Below are positions 38,726-46,693 of a stretch of DNA of 46,693 bases, piece by piece. The DNA comes from Pseudomonadota bacterium (GTDB taxonomy: Bacteria; Bdellovibrionota_B; Oligoflexia; Oligoflexales; CAIMVM01). Each line of letters opens with the position of its first letter. Within the stretch, counting starts at the first letter, position 1. The stretch covers positions 1 to 46,693 of the forward strand of contig JBAXBA010000022.1 of NCBI GenBank assembly GCA_037142195.1. Reading direction: 5' to 3'. The translations under genes were made by a program, and so were the position numbers. The notes below the pieces were generated by a model. It saw nothing but the letters and a program-made list of their open reading frames with translations, made no database searches and had not been told where the DNA came from.

Positions 38726-39148
38726 TTACCCTCCTTGTATCGCATACTTAAGTATCGCGATTTTTCGGTTTATGGACTCTATGGCGGTACGATATTGAAT
38801 CTGGTTTTTGGACAACTCGGCCATCTCTACATCGACATCAACTGTATTACCGTCTTCGCCAATGCTTTCGGTTGGCCGCACATAGACATCGGGCCTTAAA
38901 TCGCCTCCCTCAGAAACGAACTCATTTAGCAGATGTCTGGAGTTTGTTGTTCTCAAGCGTTTTGAATCAGAAGCATCAACAATTTCTTGAAGCTGCTTTT
39001 CAAAGTCATATCCCATGGCCCGATACCCAGGAGTTTCAGCATTGGCAATATTAGAATTGATGATATCGGATCGACGCATACGGTGGTCTAAAGAAACCAT
39101 CTGCGTTCGATCAGCTTGATTAAACAATCCAGAAATTCTGCTACTCAT
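38726..39148 (-). CDS. flgB: Basal-body rod protein FlgB
   Basis: NIANAETPGY, DGNTVDVDVEM; ATG 39148 overlaps the activator stop. Confidence 0.96.
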   Translation of the reverse strand: MSSRISGLFNQADRTQMVSLDHRMRRSDIINSNIANAETPGYRAMGYDFEKQLQEIVDASDSKRLRTTNSRHLLNEFVSEGGDLRPDVYVRPTESIGEDGNTVDVDVEMAELSKNQIQYRTAIESINRKIAILKYAIQGG

Positions 39149-40244
39149 GGGATCTTCCTGACTGGGGATCCATAACTTCGTATCCTTCAGCCGTAAATTC
39201 ATTAATTTTGTTTCTTAAGGTTCTAAGACTAATTCCTAAAGTCTTGGCAGCATGAGTTCTATTTCCGCTATGTGCCTTCAGCGTCTCAAGAATGAAGTGA
39301 GTTTCCACAAGCGCAAGTTGCTGTCCAATGGGTAGCGCTGAAATCCATTCTGCCAGTTGAGAAACCTGAACCGCCTGATGTAGAGGAAGGTCCTTTGCCG
39401 TCAAGAAATCTGACGGTGCTGTGGCAACTGCTCTTTGAAGCAAATTCTGAAGTTCTCTGACGTTTCCTGGCCAATTGTGATCCAAAAGGGCTCCTAGTGC
39501 CTCATCAGACAATTTTACATTGCGCCCGCTCTCACGAGAAAACTTTTCGACAAAGAAGTTCGAGAGCACTTGAATGTCTTTCGGACGTTCTCTAAGAGGT
39601 GGAATCTCAATGTGAATGACATAGAGTCTGTAATAGAGGTCTTGTCTGAAGTGCCCCTTCGATACGAGAGAGAGGATATCGCGGTTGGTGGTGGCGATGA
39701 TTCTTGCGGTAAGAGGGTAGGATTGAGTGGACCCAACGCGAGAAAGTTCTTTGTCTTGTAGCGCCTTTAGAATTTTTCCTTGCAGGCTCAAATCCATTTC
39801 CGTGATATTGTCTAAAACAATCGTTCCACCAGCGGCAAGTTCAAATTTACCAGCTGTCAATTGGTGTGCACCGGGAAAGGCACCTTTTTCAAAACCAAAT
39901 AGTTCTGCTTCGAGGAGTGCCGGAGTTGACCCTGAGCAATTGACCGTTAAAAAAGGTCGGTCTTTTTGTGCAGCAGCGCGATGAATCGACTGTGAAATAA
40001 TGTCTTTACCAGTTCCGGCCTCTCCAGTAATAAGTACCGGTACGCTCGTATCGGCGATTTGCCATACGATATCTTGAATACGACGCATTTTTTCGTCAGA
40101 CGTTAAAAAGAGATCTGGTCTTTCACCTTCGGTGCGCTTAGCACCTCGCGCTCTTTGAATGAAGTCCAAGTAAGTACTAGCACCAGTTGTTCCTTGGTCA
40201 CGTGGGGTGGCAACATGTGACGTTGCAAACCTAGATCTCTGCAT
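39141..40244 (-). CDS. sigma54 enhancer-binding-family regulator (FleR/FlgR-like), no receiver domain, degenerate motifs
   Basis: GEAGTGKD, ELFG.EKGAFPGA, LDNI, FRQDLYYRL, WPGNVREL, Fis-type HTH; ATG 40244 follows GGGAG. Confidence 0.9.
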   Translation of the reverse strand: MQRSRFATSHVATPRDQGTTGASTYLDFIQRARGAKRTEGERPDLFLTSDEKMRRIQDIVWQIADTSVPVLITGEAGTGKDIISQSIHRAAAQKDRPFLTVNCSGSTPALLEAELFGFEKGAFPGAHQLTAGKFELAAGGTIVLDNITEMDLSLQGKILKALQDKELSRVGSTQSYPLTARIIATTNRDILSLVSKGHFRQDLYYRLYVIHIEIPPLRERPKDIQVLSNFFVEKFSRESGRNVKLSDEALGALLDHNWPGNVRELQNLLQRAVATAPSDFLTAKDLPLHQAVQVSQLAEWISALPIGQQLALVETHFILETLKAHSGNRTHAAKTLGISLRTLRNKINEFTAEGYEVMDPQSGRSHE

Positions 40245-40254
40245 AGTATTCTCC

Positions 40255-42537
40255 CTATTTTTCAAGTTGATTTAGCCGCTCTTTCGCTAGATTGGCATAA
40301 AAGAAGTTGTTGGTATCCTCAGCCGCCTGCGTCAATGCCTTTACAGCCTCATCCTTCTGACCAGCCCTGTAGAGCAGCAACCCTCCCTTATAGAGTGCTT
40401 CTGCTTTCTTATCCCACTGTTCAGAGTTACGTGCTGCATCTGCAAAAAGCCTGCCGGCGTCAAGGTAACGATTTGCCTTCCTGTGTTCCTCGGCTAAGTC
40501 GATCAACTGATTCAGCCAAATGTTCTTGGCGTTCGGATCGTCTTTAAGCAGGTCAGGCTTAAGTCTTGTGATGAGTTCATTGGTAGCTTGTTTTTGATCT
40601 GGAAGGCCAAGAAACTCAAAATCATCTGCCAACTGTTTTAAGAAAATTACAGTGCTCGCAGCCGGCCTCCAAACCTTAGTCCATTCTTCAGGAGATGACG
40701 ACAAGTCTGCTTTTGTATTCAGGGCTTTCGTCCAGAGCTCAAGACTAATTTTTGCTAAGCTCGGAGTTTTTAGTTTGCGAGATACCGCCGAATCCATCTG
40801 AGTTTTGTATGCCACGGCAATTTGGGATTTTTCATCTTCCCGAAGCCGCTTCCAAACCTCAAATAGTTTGCCGTCTGATTCACGAACTGATTTTTCAATT
40901 TTTTCCTGGTTACTTTGAGAGCCTTTATCCTCAGAAGCAAGTTCTGCGTGCAGCACTGCAGTCCAAAAGGTGGCCTTAAATTGGCTCAAGGGCTGAGTTG
41001 CTTTAGAGGCTTTTGCATAGAACGGAAGAGCTTCTTTTGGCTTTCCAAGATTTCGATACGCTTCGGCCACGGCCCAAGAGGTTGCCGGAGCTTCGGTGAT
41101 GCTGCTAATGCTTTTGGGCATCGACTCAAAGCTTTCGATCAGCTTTAAATAGTCCCCTTTAACCATGGTTTTTTGAAGGTAGTCTGCAATCTTAACTTCA
41201 AAGGCCTTTTTAAAATCTGCCACCCAAGTGGCGGAAGGCGAATCTTTATATTTTTCTAGGTAAGCACCCAAGAACTCAGAATTATTTTTATCCCAGTCAG
41301 ACAGTCTTATTTGATTTATGATGATACTTGCGGAGATATAGCCCGTTTTAGGATTCTCGAGAGTAGGCCACCATGATGAGAGTTCAGATTGGAGGTTTTT
41401 ATCAATGGATGGGATTTCATCGATACTTAAAGCAGAAGTCTTCTTTTGACCCCAAAAGATTTTTCTGATGGCGATCTGCGCCTTAACTTCATTATTACCA
41501 CGGTCGTTTATCTCGCTGAGCTTTTTAACGAGACCAGGAAGGTCTGCTGTCTTTAGAGAAGTAGAGAGCTTGAGTGCCTCGATATCCAAGTCTCTTATAA
41601 GTGACAATGTCGCAAGGGGAGAGTCCGGGTGTTTCTCACGCAAGGCTTGCTGATAGGACCTTGCTAAGTTGAGCTCACCTTTACCGAGATAGATTTCGGC
41701 AACGGCCCATAGGTGAAGCGGGTCGGTATCAAAAACCTGCGGTTCTTTCCTCATGACGCTTTTGTAGGCTTCGAGTGCTTTTAGCTCATGCCCAAAGTTG
41801 TAGAGTTTGAGGCCGTACTCCGCAAGCGACTCGCCGCTGGACAGTTCTTTTTTGCCTTTGATTCCGCTTCGGGCATGATATAGTGCAGATTGAATGGGAT
41901 AGATATAAATCGGAAATTTAGACCACTCAGGCCCTCGCCCTTCCTGGACTCCATCTAACTGAAGCGCAGCGGAATCTGTGCCCCTCTTTACGTTTATGGA
42001 ATCGACAAGTTTTAGAGACTTGCTGGCTCCTGCTTCCACCGGCTCAAGGCTCGCCACAGGAGTGCTTACAGTTGACTCCAGCTGCGCATTGAGAGAGCCT
42101 GATACAGCGCTGCCTCCTTGGATTAGGTCGTTCCCGGTAGCCACCGGCAAAGATGTCCGGGGATCTCTTTCTAGTTTAAAGCTGTCCTCAAAGAGATCGA
42201 TCGAAACTCTAAAAGGTTCCGTAAAGGTCGAAACATTAGCTTTCGTCCTAAAATTTTTCAAAACAAGCTTAAGTTTTGAACCCGCCGGGCCCAGATCAGT
42301 AATAAGAGCGCGATGCACGAGAGCTTCATCGTAAAAGTTGATACTTGACAGCTCCTCAACGGAAGTCTTATCAAAATGGATCTCAATGGATGGTTCCGAA
42401 GGATTATCGCTCACAGTGATCGTTCGTTTGTCAGGAAAGTTAAAGACCATCTGGGAAAAACGACCTGCACCTTTGGAGGCCATAGGAAAAGTGCCCAGGG
42501 CGATCAAAACTACAAAATTTGCTAAACGTCTCGTCAA
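40255..42537 (-). CDS. Large secreted TPR protein with N-terminal beta-rich (AMIN-like) domain, first gene of the flagellar operon
   Basis: Signal peptide; PFRVSIDL AMIN-like end motif; linker; TPRs such as ALYKGGLLLYRAGQKDEAVKAL. Confidence 0.75.
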   Translation of the reverse strand: MTRRLANFVVLIALGTFPMASKGAGRFSQMVFNFPDKRTITVSDNPSEPSIEIHFDKTSVEELSSINFYDEALVHRALITDLGPAGSKLKLVLKNFRTKANVSTFTEPFRVSIDLFEDSFKLERDPRTSLPVATGNDLIQGGSAVSGSLNAQLESTVSTPVASLEPVEAGASKSLKLVDSINVKRGTDSAALQLDGVQEGRGPEWSKFPIYIYPIQSALYHARSGIKGKKELSSGESLAEYGLKLYNFGHELKALEAYKSVMRKEPQVFDTDPLHLWAVAEIYLGKGELNLARSYQQALREKHPDSPLATLSLIRDLDIEALKLSTSLKTADLPGLVKKLSEINDRGNNEVKAQIAIRKIFWGQKKTSALSIDEIPSIDKNLQSELSSWWPTLENPKTGYISASIIINQIRLSDWDKNNSEFLGAYLEKYKDSPSATWVADFKKAFEVKIADYLQKTMVKGDYLKLIESFESMPKSISSITEAPATSWAVAEAYRNLGKPKEALPFYAKASKATQPLSQFKATFWTAVLHAELASEDKGSQSNQEKIEKSVRESDGKLFEVWKRLREDEKSQIAVAYKTQMDSAVSRKLKTPSLAKISLELWTKALNTKADLSSSPEEWTKVWRPAASTVIFLKQLADDFEFLGLPDQKQATNELITRLKPDLLKDDPNAKNIWLNQLIDLAEEHRKANRYLDAGRLFADAARNSEQWDKKAEALYKGGLLLYRAGQKDEAVKALTQAAEDTNNFFYANLAKERLNQLEK

Positions 42538-42593
42538 AGGGACCCCAGAAATGATCGACTAAATTGAGTTCTTTAGATTCTAGGAATATGTTA

Positions 42594-42610
42594 AGCAAGA
42601 GGTGTGCCAA
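42594..42610 (-). promoter_or_regulatory. sigma54 (-24/-12) promoter of the flagellar operon
   Basis: Minus strand TTGGCACACCTCTTGCT matches TGGCAC-N5-TTGC. Confidence 0.9.
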
Positions 42611-42651
42611 CGAGTTATTTCAGGATTAAGGGGTGGGAAACCTTTGCTGTC

Positions 42652-42698
42652 GTCAAATGTTCGCCGGTTCTGTGATAGAATTCTGTCAAAGCCCTGAC
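42652..42698. promoter_or_regulatory. Candidate upstream activator sites
   Basis: GTCA-AAGCCC-TGAC at 42685-42698 and degenerate GTCA-AATGTT-CGCC at 42652-42665, 33 bp apart. Confidence 0.55.
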
Positions 42699-42777
42699 GA
42701 GGGGTGCCAAAAATCTGCTGTTTTTAAAAGTGCGCACATGCGCTGAGTCCTTAACCCATCAAGAGAGTTTTGAGATC

Positions 42778-44265
42778 ATGACAATGGAAACCACTAATGT
42801 GAATCTCCCCTGGGCCTTACAACGCGATCAAGGCACACCTGTTACTGTTGCCGTCATCGGAGATTTGATACTCGATGAATATTTAGATGGAAGCGTCGAC
42901 CGTATTTCACCGGAAGCACCTGTACCCGTCCACTTAGTAAAGTCCATCTCTCAAACGGCCGGTGGAGCTGCAAACGCAGCTCGCAATATCCAGCTAGCGG
43001 GAGGTCGGGCTCTCCTTTTTTCCATGGGTGGGGATGACGAAGCCTATAGAACCTTATGTGGAATTTTAGAAAATGACAGAATGTCAACCCATGGCATCAT
43101 TTCGATTCCCGATCGAACCACAACCAGAAAAACTCGAGTAACCGCGAACAGTCAGCAATTGGTAAGAATCGACTGGGAGAAAGTCGTAGCCATTACCCAT
43201 GAACAACAAGACATGCTCCTGGAAAAAATGAAGTCAACTACCTTTGACGCACTCCTCGTGAGCGACTATGGAAAGGGTGCACTCCCTGACCGATTTATCC
43301 GAGCGGCGATTGCTCTGGCCAATGAAAGAGGAGTTCCCGTAGTTGTGGACCCTAAAGGCAGGGATTTCTCTAAATACAAAGGCGCCAGAGTCGTAACCCC
43401 CAATCTTAAAGAAGCCAGTGAAGCGCTTGATGTCCCCTATGGACAATCTGGCGAGGCGCTCGGCAGAGCCTTACAGGACAAGTTTGGACTAAGTCAGGTA
43501 TTAGTTACCATGAGTGCTAAAGGCATGGTACTCGTGAGAGGCGAGCAAGATGCAAGTATTTTTCGCCAACCCGAAGCTAGGGAAGTCTTTGATGTATCGG
43601 GGGCCGGCGACGCCGTGGCGGCTATTGTAGCACTAGGGCTAGCTTCCGGAGCTTCCGATGAAGTCACAATCGACTTAGCCAACCTTGCCGCTGGAAGAGT
43701 TGTTGAAAAATGGGGAACCCAACCGATCTATGAACACGAGCTCCTCGAAGCCTACCTCCATCGATCCCAGCCCGTTAGATTTGCCCAAACCGACAAAAAA
43801 GTAACTGATTTAGATCACTTACTGAAACAACTCAAGTCTCCGAATTTTAGATCTAAAGAAATTGTTTTCACCAATGGGTGTTTTGACATCTTGCATGTCG
43901 GACATTTAACCTACCTTGAAAAGGCCCGATCCAAGGGTGACATTCTCGTCATCGGACTCAACTCAGATCAGTCGATTTCTCGTATCAAAGGCCCGACGCG
44001 CCCGATTATCGAAGAAAAACTGCGAGCTCGACTTTTAGCAGGGCTGTCTTGCGTGGATTTCGTCGTCCAGTTCGATGATGACACCCCTTTGGAACTCATC
44101 AAAGCCATTCGCCCTCATATTCTTATCAAAGGCGCCGACTGGGCAGTAGATAAAATTGTAGGTGGTGACTTTGTATTAGAACACGGAGGCCGGGTAGAAA
44201 CGATTGATCTCGTCGAGGGCCTGTCTACATCTAAAATCATTCAAAAGTCTCAACAAAAGAAATAG
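42778..44265 (+). CDS. hldE: Bifunctional heptose-7-phosphate kinase / heptose-1-phosphate adenylyltransferase
   Basis: RISPEAPVPV, SDYGKG, DVSGAGD, FTNGCFDILHVGH, KGADW. Confidence 0.96.
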   Translation: MTMETTNVNLPWALQRDQGTPVTVAVIGDLILDEYLDGSVDRISPEAPVPVHLVKSISQTAGGAANAARNIQLAGGRALLFSMGGDDEAYRTLCGILENDRMSTHGIISIPDRTTTRKTRVTANSQQLVRIDWEKVVAITHEQQDMLLEKMKSTTFDALLVSDYGKGALPDRFIRAAIALANERGVPVVVDPKGRDFSKYKGARVVTPNLKEASEALDVPYGQSGEALGRALQDKFGLSQVLVTMSAKGMVLVRGEQDASIFRQPEAREVFDVSGAGDAVAAIVALGLASGASDEVTIDLANLAAGRVVEKWGTQPIYEHELLEAYLHRSQPVRFAQTDKKVTDLDHLLKQLKSPNFRSKEIVFTNGCFDILHVGHLTYLEKARSKGDILVIGLNSDQSISRIKGPTRPIIEEKLRARLLAGLSCVDFVVQFDDDTPLELIKAIRPHILIKGADWAVDKIVGGDFVLEHGGRVETIDLVEGLSTSKIIQKSQQKK

Positions 44266-44274
44266 GACATCACA

Positions 44275-44856
44275 ATGACATCTAAACGCATATTTTTAAT
44301 CTCTATTCTGAGTCTTGTTTCTCTTTCTTGCGGGACTTCTAAGTCCACTTCATCTGTTGACCCCATAATAGGGACGTGGAAACATAGCGACTGTCAGCCT
44401 TCCGTCTTGTCTTTAATGAGCACCTACTATAGCAAGTCCACTGTAGTTTTCACCGCTACGGAGGTTAAGTATACGGAACTACTTTATTCCGATAGTGCAT
44501 GTCTTACAGATATGCAAACCATCGTCAACGCGGCTGGAACCTACTCCAAAAGCACCTCAAACAGCAAAGATATCGATTTTGAATGGAAGACGATTTCGCT
44601 CACCCCTAAGTCCACTGAGTCCGCAAAAAACTTCTCTGACTTTAGCTTGTGCGGCGTAAGTACCTGGTCTATGGACACTTCGGAATCTGTGAAAGCTAAG
44701 TCCTGCGAAAGCTGGGGACGGCCTTTTGCCTCAGAGGAGAAGGTTCTTCAAATCTATGAAATCGATGCGGGAAAAATTTGGTTTGGAAGTACTATTTATC
44801 TTCAGTCAGAAACCAGACCCACATCGCTTCCTAATCGAGCCTTTGAAAAATCCTAA
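44275..44856 (+). CDS. Hypothetical lipoprotein
   Basis: Lipobox SLSC, IIGTW beta-barrel-like start, four more Cys. Confidence 0.75.
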   Translation: MTSKRIFLISILSLVSLSCGTSKSTSSVDPIIGTWKHSDCQPSVLSLMSTYYSKSTVVFTATEVKYTELLYSDSACLTDMQTIVNAAGTYSKSTSNSKDIDFEWKTISLTPKSTESAKNFSDFSLCGVSTWSMDTSESVKAKSCESWGRPFASEEKVLQIYEIDAGKIWFGSTIYLQSETRPTSLPNRAFEKS

Positions 44857-44899
44857 CGAATTTTGCTCAAGAAGCATCAACGACATGGGCCTGCAAGAT

Positions 44900-45490
44900 T
44901 TATTTAATGAGGTAGGAAAGGCCAATTTGATAGCCAAAATCTCTTTGGGGCATAAGGTTATTCTTGATGCTATAAGCGTTCATGTTGTCAAAGTTTCGAT
45001 TGATTAAACCTAAGTTCGTTTCCCAGTTTTGGTATGTGGTATACCAGCCAAGAGACAAATCGCTTTCCCCAATAGAATTTGTTTTAGTTTTTTCAAACTC
45101 TTTATTCTTATATTTTTGCGACTCCACTCTGACGGCACCAAAACCAAACTGCACTTTAAGGCCCGAGGTATGTTCTTCTTTCGCAACTAAATCATGCTTT
45201 AAGCTGACAGAAAATAGAACTTCGTGTCCAAGAACACTTTCCCACTGATCGTCGCCTAAATAAGGAAAGTCGATTAAGCCATAGATCATTCCCAACTGGA
45301 TATCTCTATCGAAGAGACAAGGCGACATAACACTAGCTCTATACCCATTATAGTCCGATCCAACCAATTGCAAACCTAACTCGGCCTTCAAATTTTCACA
45401 AGATTTTGCTGTGGGCACTACGTCAGCAAAACTCCTAGTCGTCATTAAACCCATAACAACCGATCCAAAAACGAATACAAATTTATACAT
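44900..45490 (-). CDS. Hypothetical small outer-membrane beta-barrel protein
   Basis: Signal peptide (SFA), C-terminal YQIGLSYLIK beta-signal-like end; AGGAG RBS. Confidence 0.65.
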   Translation of the reverse strand: MYKFVFVFGSVVMGLMTTRSFADVVPTAKSCENLKAELGLQLVGSDYNGYRASVMSPCLFDRDIQLGMIYGLIDFPYLGDDQWESVLGHEVLFSVSLKHDLVAKEEHTSGLKVQFGFGAVRVESQKYKNKEFEKTKTNSIGESDLSLGWYTTYQNWETNLGLINRNFDNMNAYSIKNNLMPQRDFGYQIGLSYLIK

Positions 45491-45845
45491 GAAAACTCCT
45501 AAAATAAGTTGTTAGTACTATCACGTCATTCCAGCCTCTAAAAGTAAATTACCTAAACGCCGAACAACTATTGAAAACTGCGGCAGAACATAAAAGATAT
45601 TTGATTCCAAGCCCCTTCGTGACCTCGGAATAGCACGTAGCAAGTAGAGAACGAGTCCTACCTATCCTCATTTAAAATCAGAAATCGCGATGATTTCAGA
45701 CTCTTAAATCCCATTCCTAAGAGAGAAAGCGAAATCCATTTGAGCCTCTTGGCGGGCCCATGCTCCAAGTTTTAAGAATCCTCGAAAAGTCTTAAACTAA
45801 GATGAAAGGCCCCTTAACCGGCCCCAAAAGTCCATCGAGAATATC

Positions 45846-46691
45846 TCAGCCGCTTAAGCCATTCACATAGTTTTTCGCCTCAAGGCTCGATGGACTTCCA
45901 AAGAAGTCCTTAGTTCGAGAGACCTCAACCATTTTACCAACCCCGTTCTCAGGCCAAAATAAAGCCGTTTGATCCGAAATCCTTTTTGCTTGGGCTAGAT
46001 TGTGCGTGACGATGAGCATGGTGGTCTGACAGCGTAAATCGAGGAGCAGCTGTTCCATAGTCGCTGTAGACATAGGATCTAAAGAGCTGCAAGGCTCATC
46101 AAGCAACATTAAAGTCGGCTTGAGGGACATGGCACGCGCGATACAAAGTCTTTGTTGCTGGCCGCCCGACAGAGAAAGTGCTGAAGAATGCAATTTGTCT
46201 TTTACCTCTTCCCAAAGTCCTACTGATGACAAATTAAGTTCGACGGCTATGTCTAAATCTGCCCTAGACATAGGACTCTCGTCACAAAGTGGAATCGCTA
46301 TATTTTTGAATATGCTCACGGGAAAGGGTGTCGGTTTTTGAAAGACCATTCCCACCTTCCGCCTAAGGCGGCGTAGATCTGTATTCTTATCAAAAATAGA
46401 AATGCCCTCTATTTTTATGTCGCCTAAAAAATGAGTCGCAGCTTCTGTTTCAAGAATTCGATTCATTGATTTTAAAAAGGTAGATTTCCCTACTCCACTT
46501 GGTCCAACAATAGCCGTAATGGTACCAGGCAAGGTTTTAAAGCTAACATCCTCAATAATTTTTTTTGAGCCTCTAAGAACCGTTAAGTTTTCAACAGCCA
46601 AAAAAGAATTCCTACTGCTGTTAAAATCCAATTTATGCTTAGGAGTTGCACAACAATAACCTACCGAATTTAGTCTTTTATCTTGGATGAA
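45846..46691 (-). CDS. pstB: Phosphate ABC transporter ATPase (frame open to the window edge)
   Basis: GPSGVGKST, LRRKVGMVFQKPTPFP, GLWEEVKDKL, DEPCSSLDP; no in-frame stop between 46631 and 46691. Confidence 0.88.
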   Translation of the reverse strand, partial: FIQDKRLNSVGYCCATPKHKLDFNSSRNSFLAVENLTVLRGSKKIIEDVSFKTLPGTITAIVGPSGVGKSTFLKSMNRILETEAATHFLGDIKIEGISIFDKNTDLRRLRRKVGMVFQKPTPFPVSIFKNIAIPLCDESPMSRADLDIAVELNLSSVGLWEEVKDKLHSSALSLSGGQQQRLCIARAMSLKPTLMLLDEPCSSLDPMSTATMEQLLLDLRCQTTMLIVTHNLAQAKRISDQTALFWPENGVGKMVEVSRTKDFFGSPSSLEAKNYVNGLSG

Positions 46692-46693
46692 TT

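Noticed and set aside
32498..39148. Non-flagellar injectisome interpretation given the missing fliG
   Set aside because: flgB, flgC, fliE and a full-length FliF are flagellum-specific
42694..42710. Second sigma54 promoter (TTGGCACCCCTCGTCAG on the minus strand)
   Set aside because: Good -24 element but no GC at -12
1..46693. CRISPR array, IS element, prophage or defence system
   Set aside because: No repeat-spacer array, transposase, integrase or phage gene was recognised

Overview
Core-genome window (~43% GC by eye) from a motile Gram-negative bacterium. Gene content and order suggest Bdellovibrionota/Oligoflexia; this is inferred, not proven. Contents: tRNA-Pro(UGG) with a sigma70 promoter, an MnmC-like methyltransferase, an ABC exporter, folD, acpP-rpiB-glyA-nrdR, an LpxH-like hydrolase, prkA-yeaH-spoVR plus an FlgT/beta-barrel-like gene, frameshifted prfB, a TPR protein and an atypical MCP, an fmt-purN-ispA operon, a secreted metalloprotease with a C-terminal sorting signal, glpK, a probable 6S RNA, fabI, a sigma54-driven flagellar operon, hldE and pstB. 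No mobile element or CRISPR array was seen. Most notable: (1) the flagellar operon has no fliG and an enlarged FliH, and encodes a degenerate sigma54 activator (GAFPGA, Walker B DN) behind a consensus sigma54 promoter with FleQ-box-like sites; (2) candidate motor-scaffold proteins (two ~770-aa secreted TPR proteins, MotE, an FlgT-like protein); (3) a sensor-less MCP with a CheZ-like DxxxQ motif; (4) a 6S-like RNA whose predicted promoter overlaps the fabI start.
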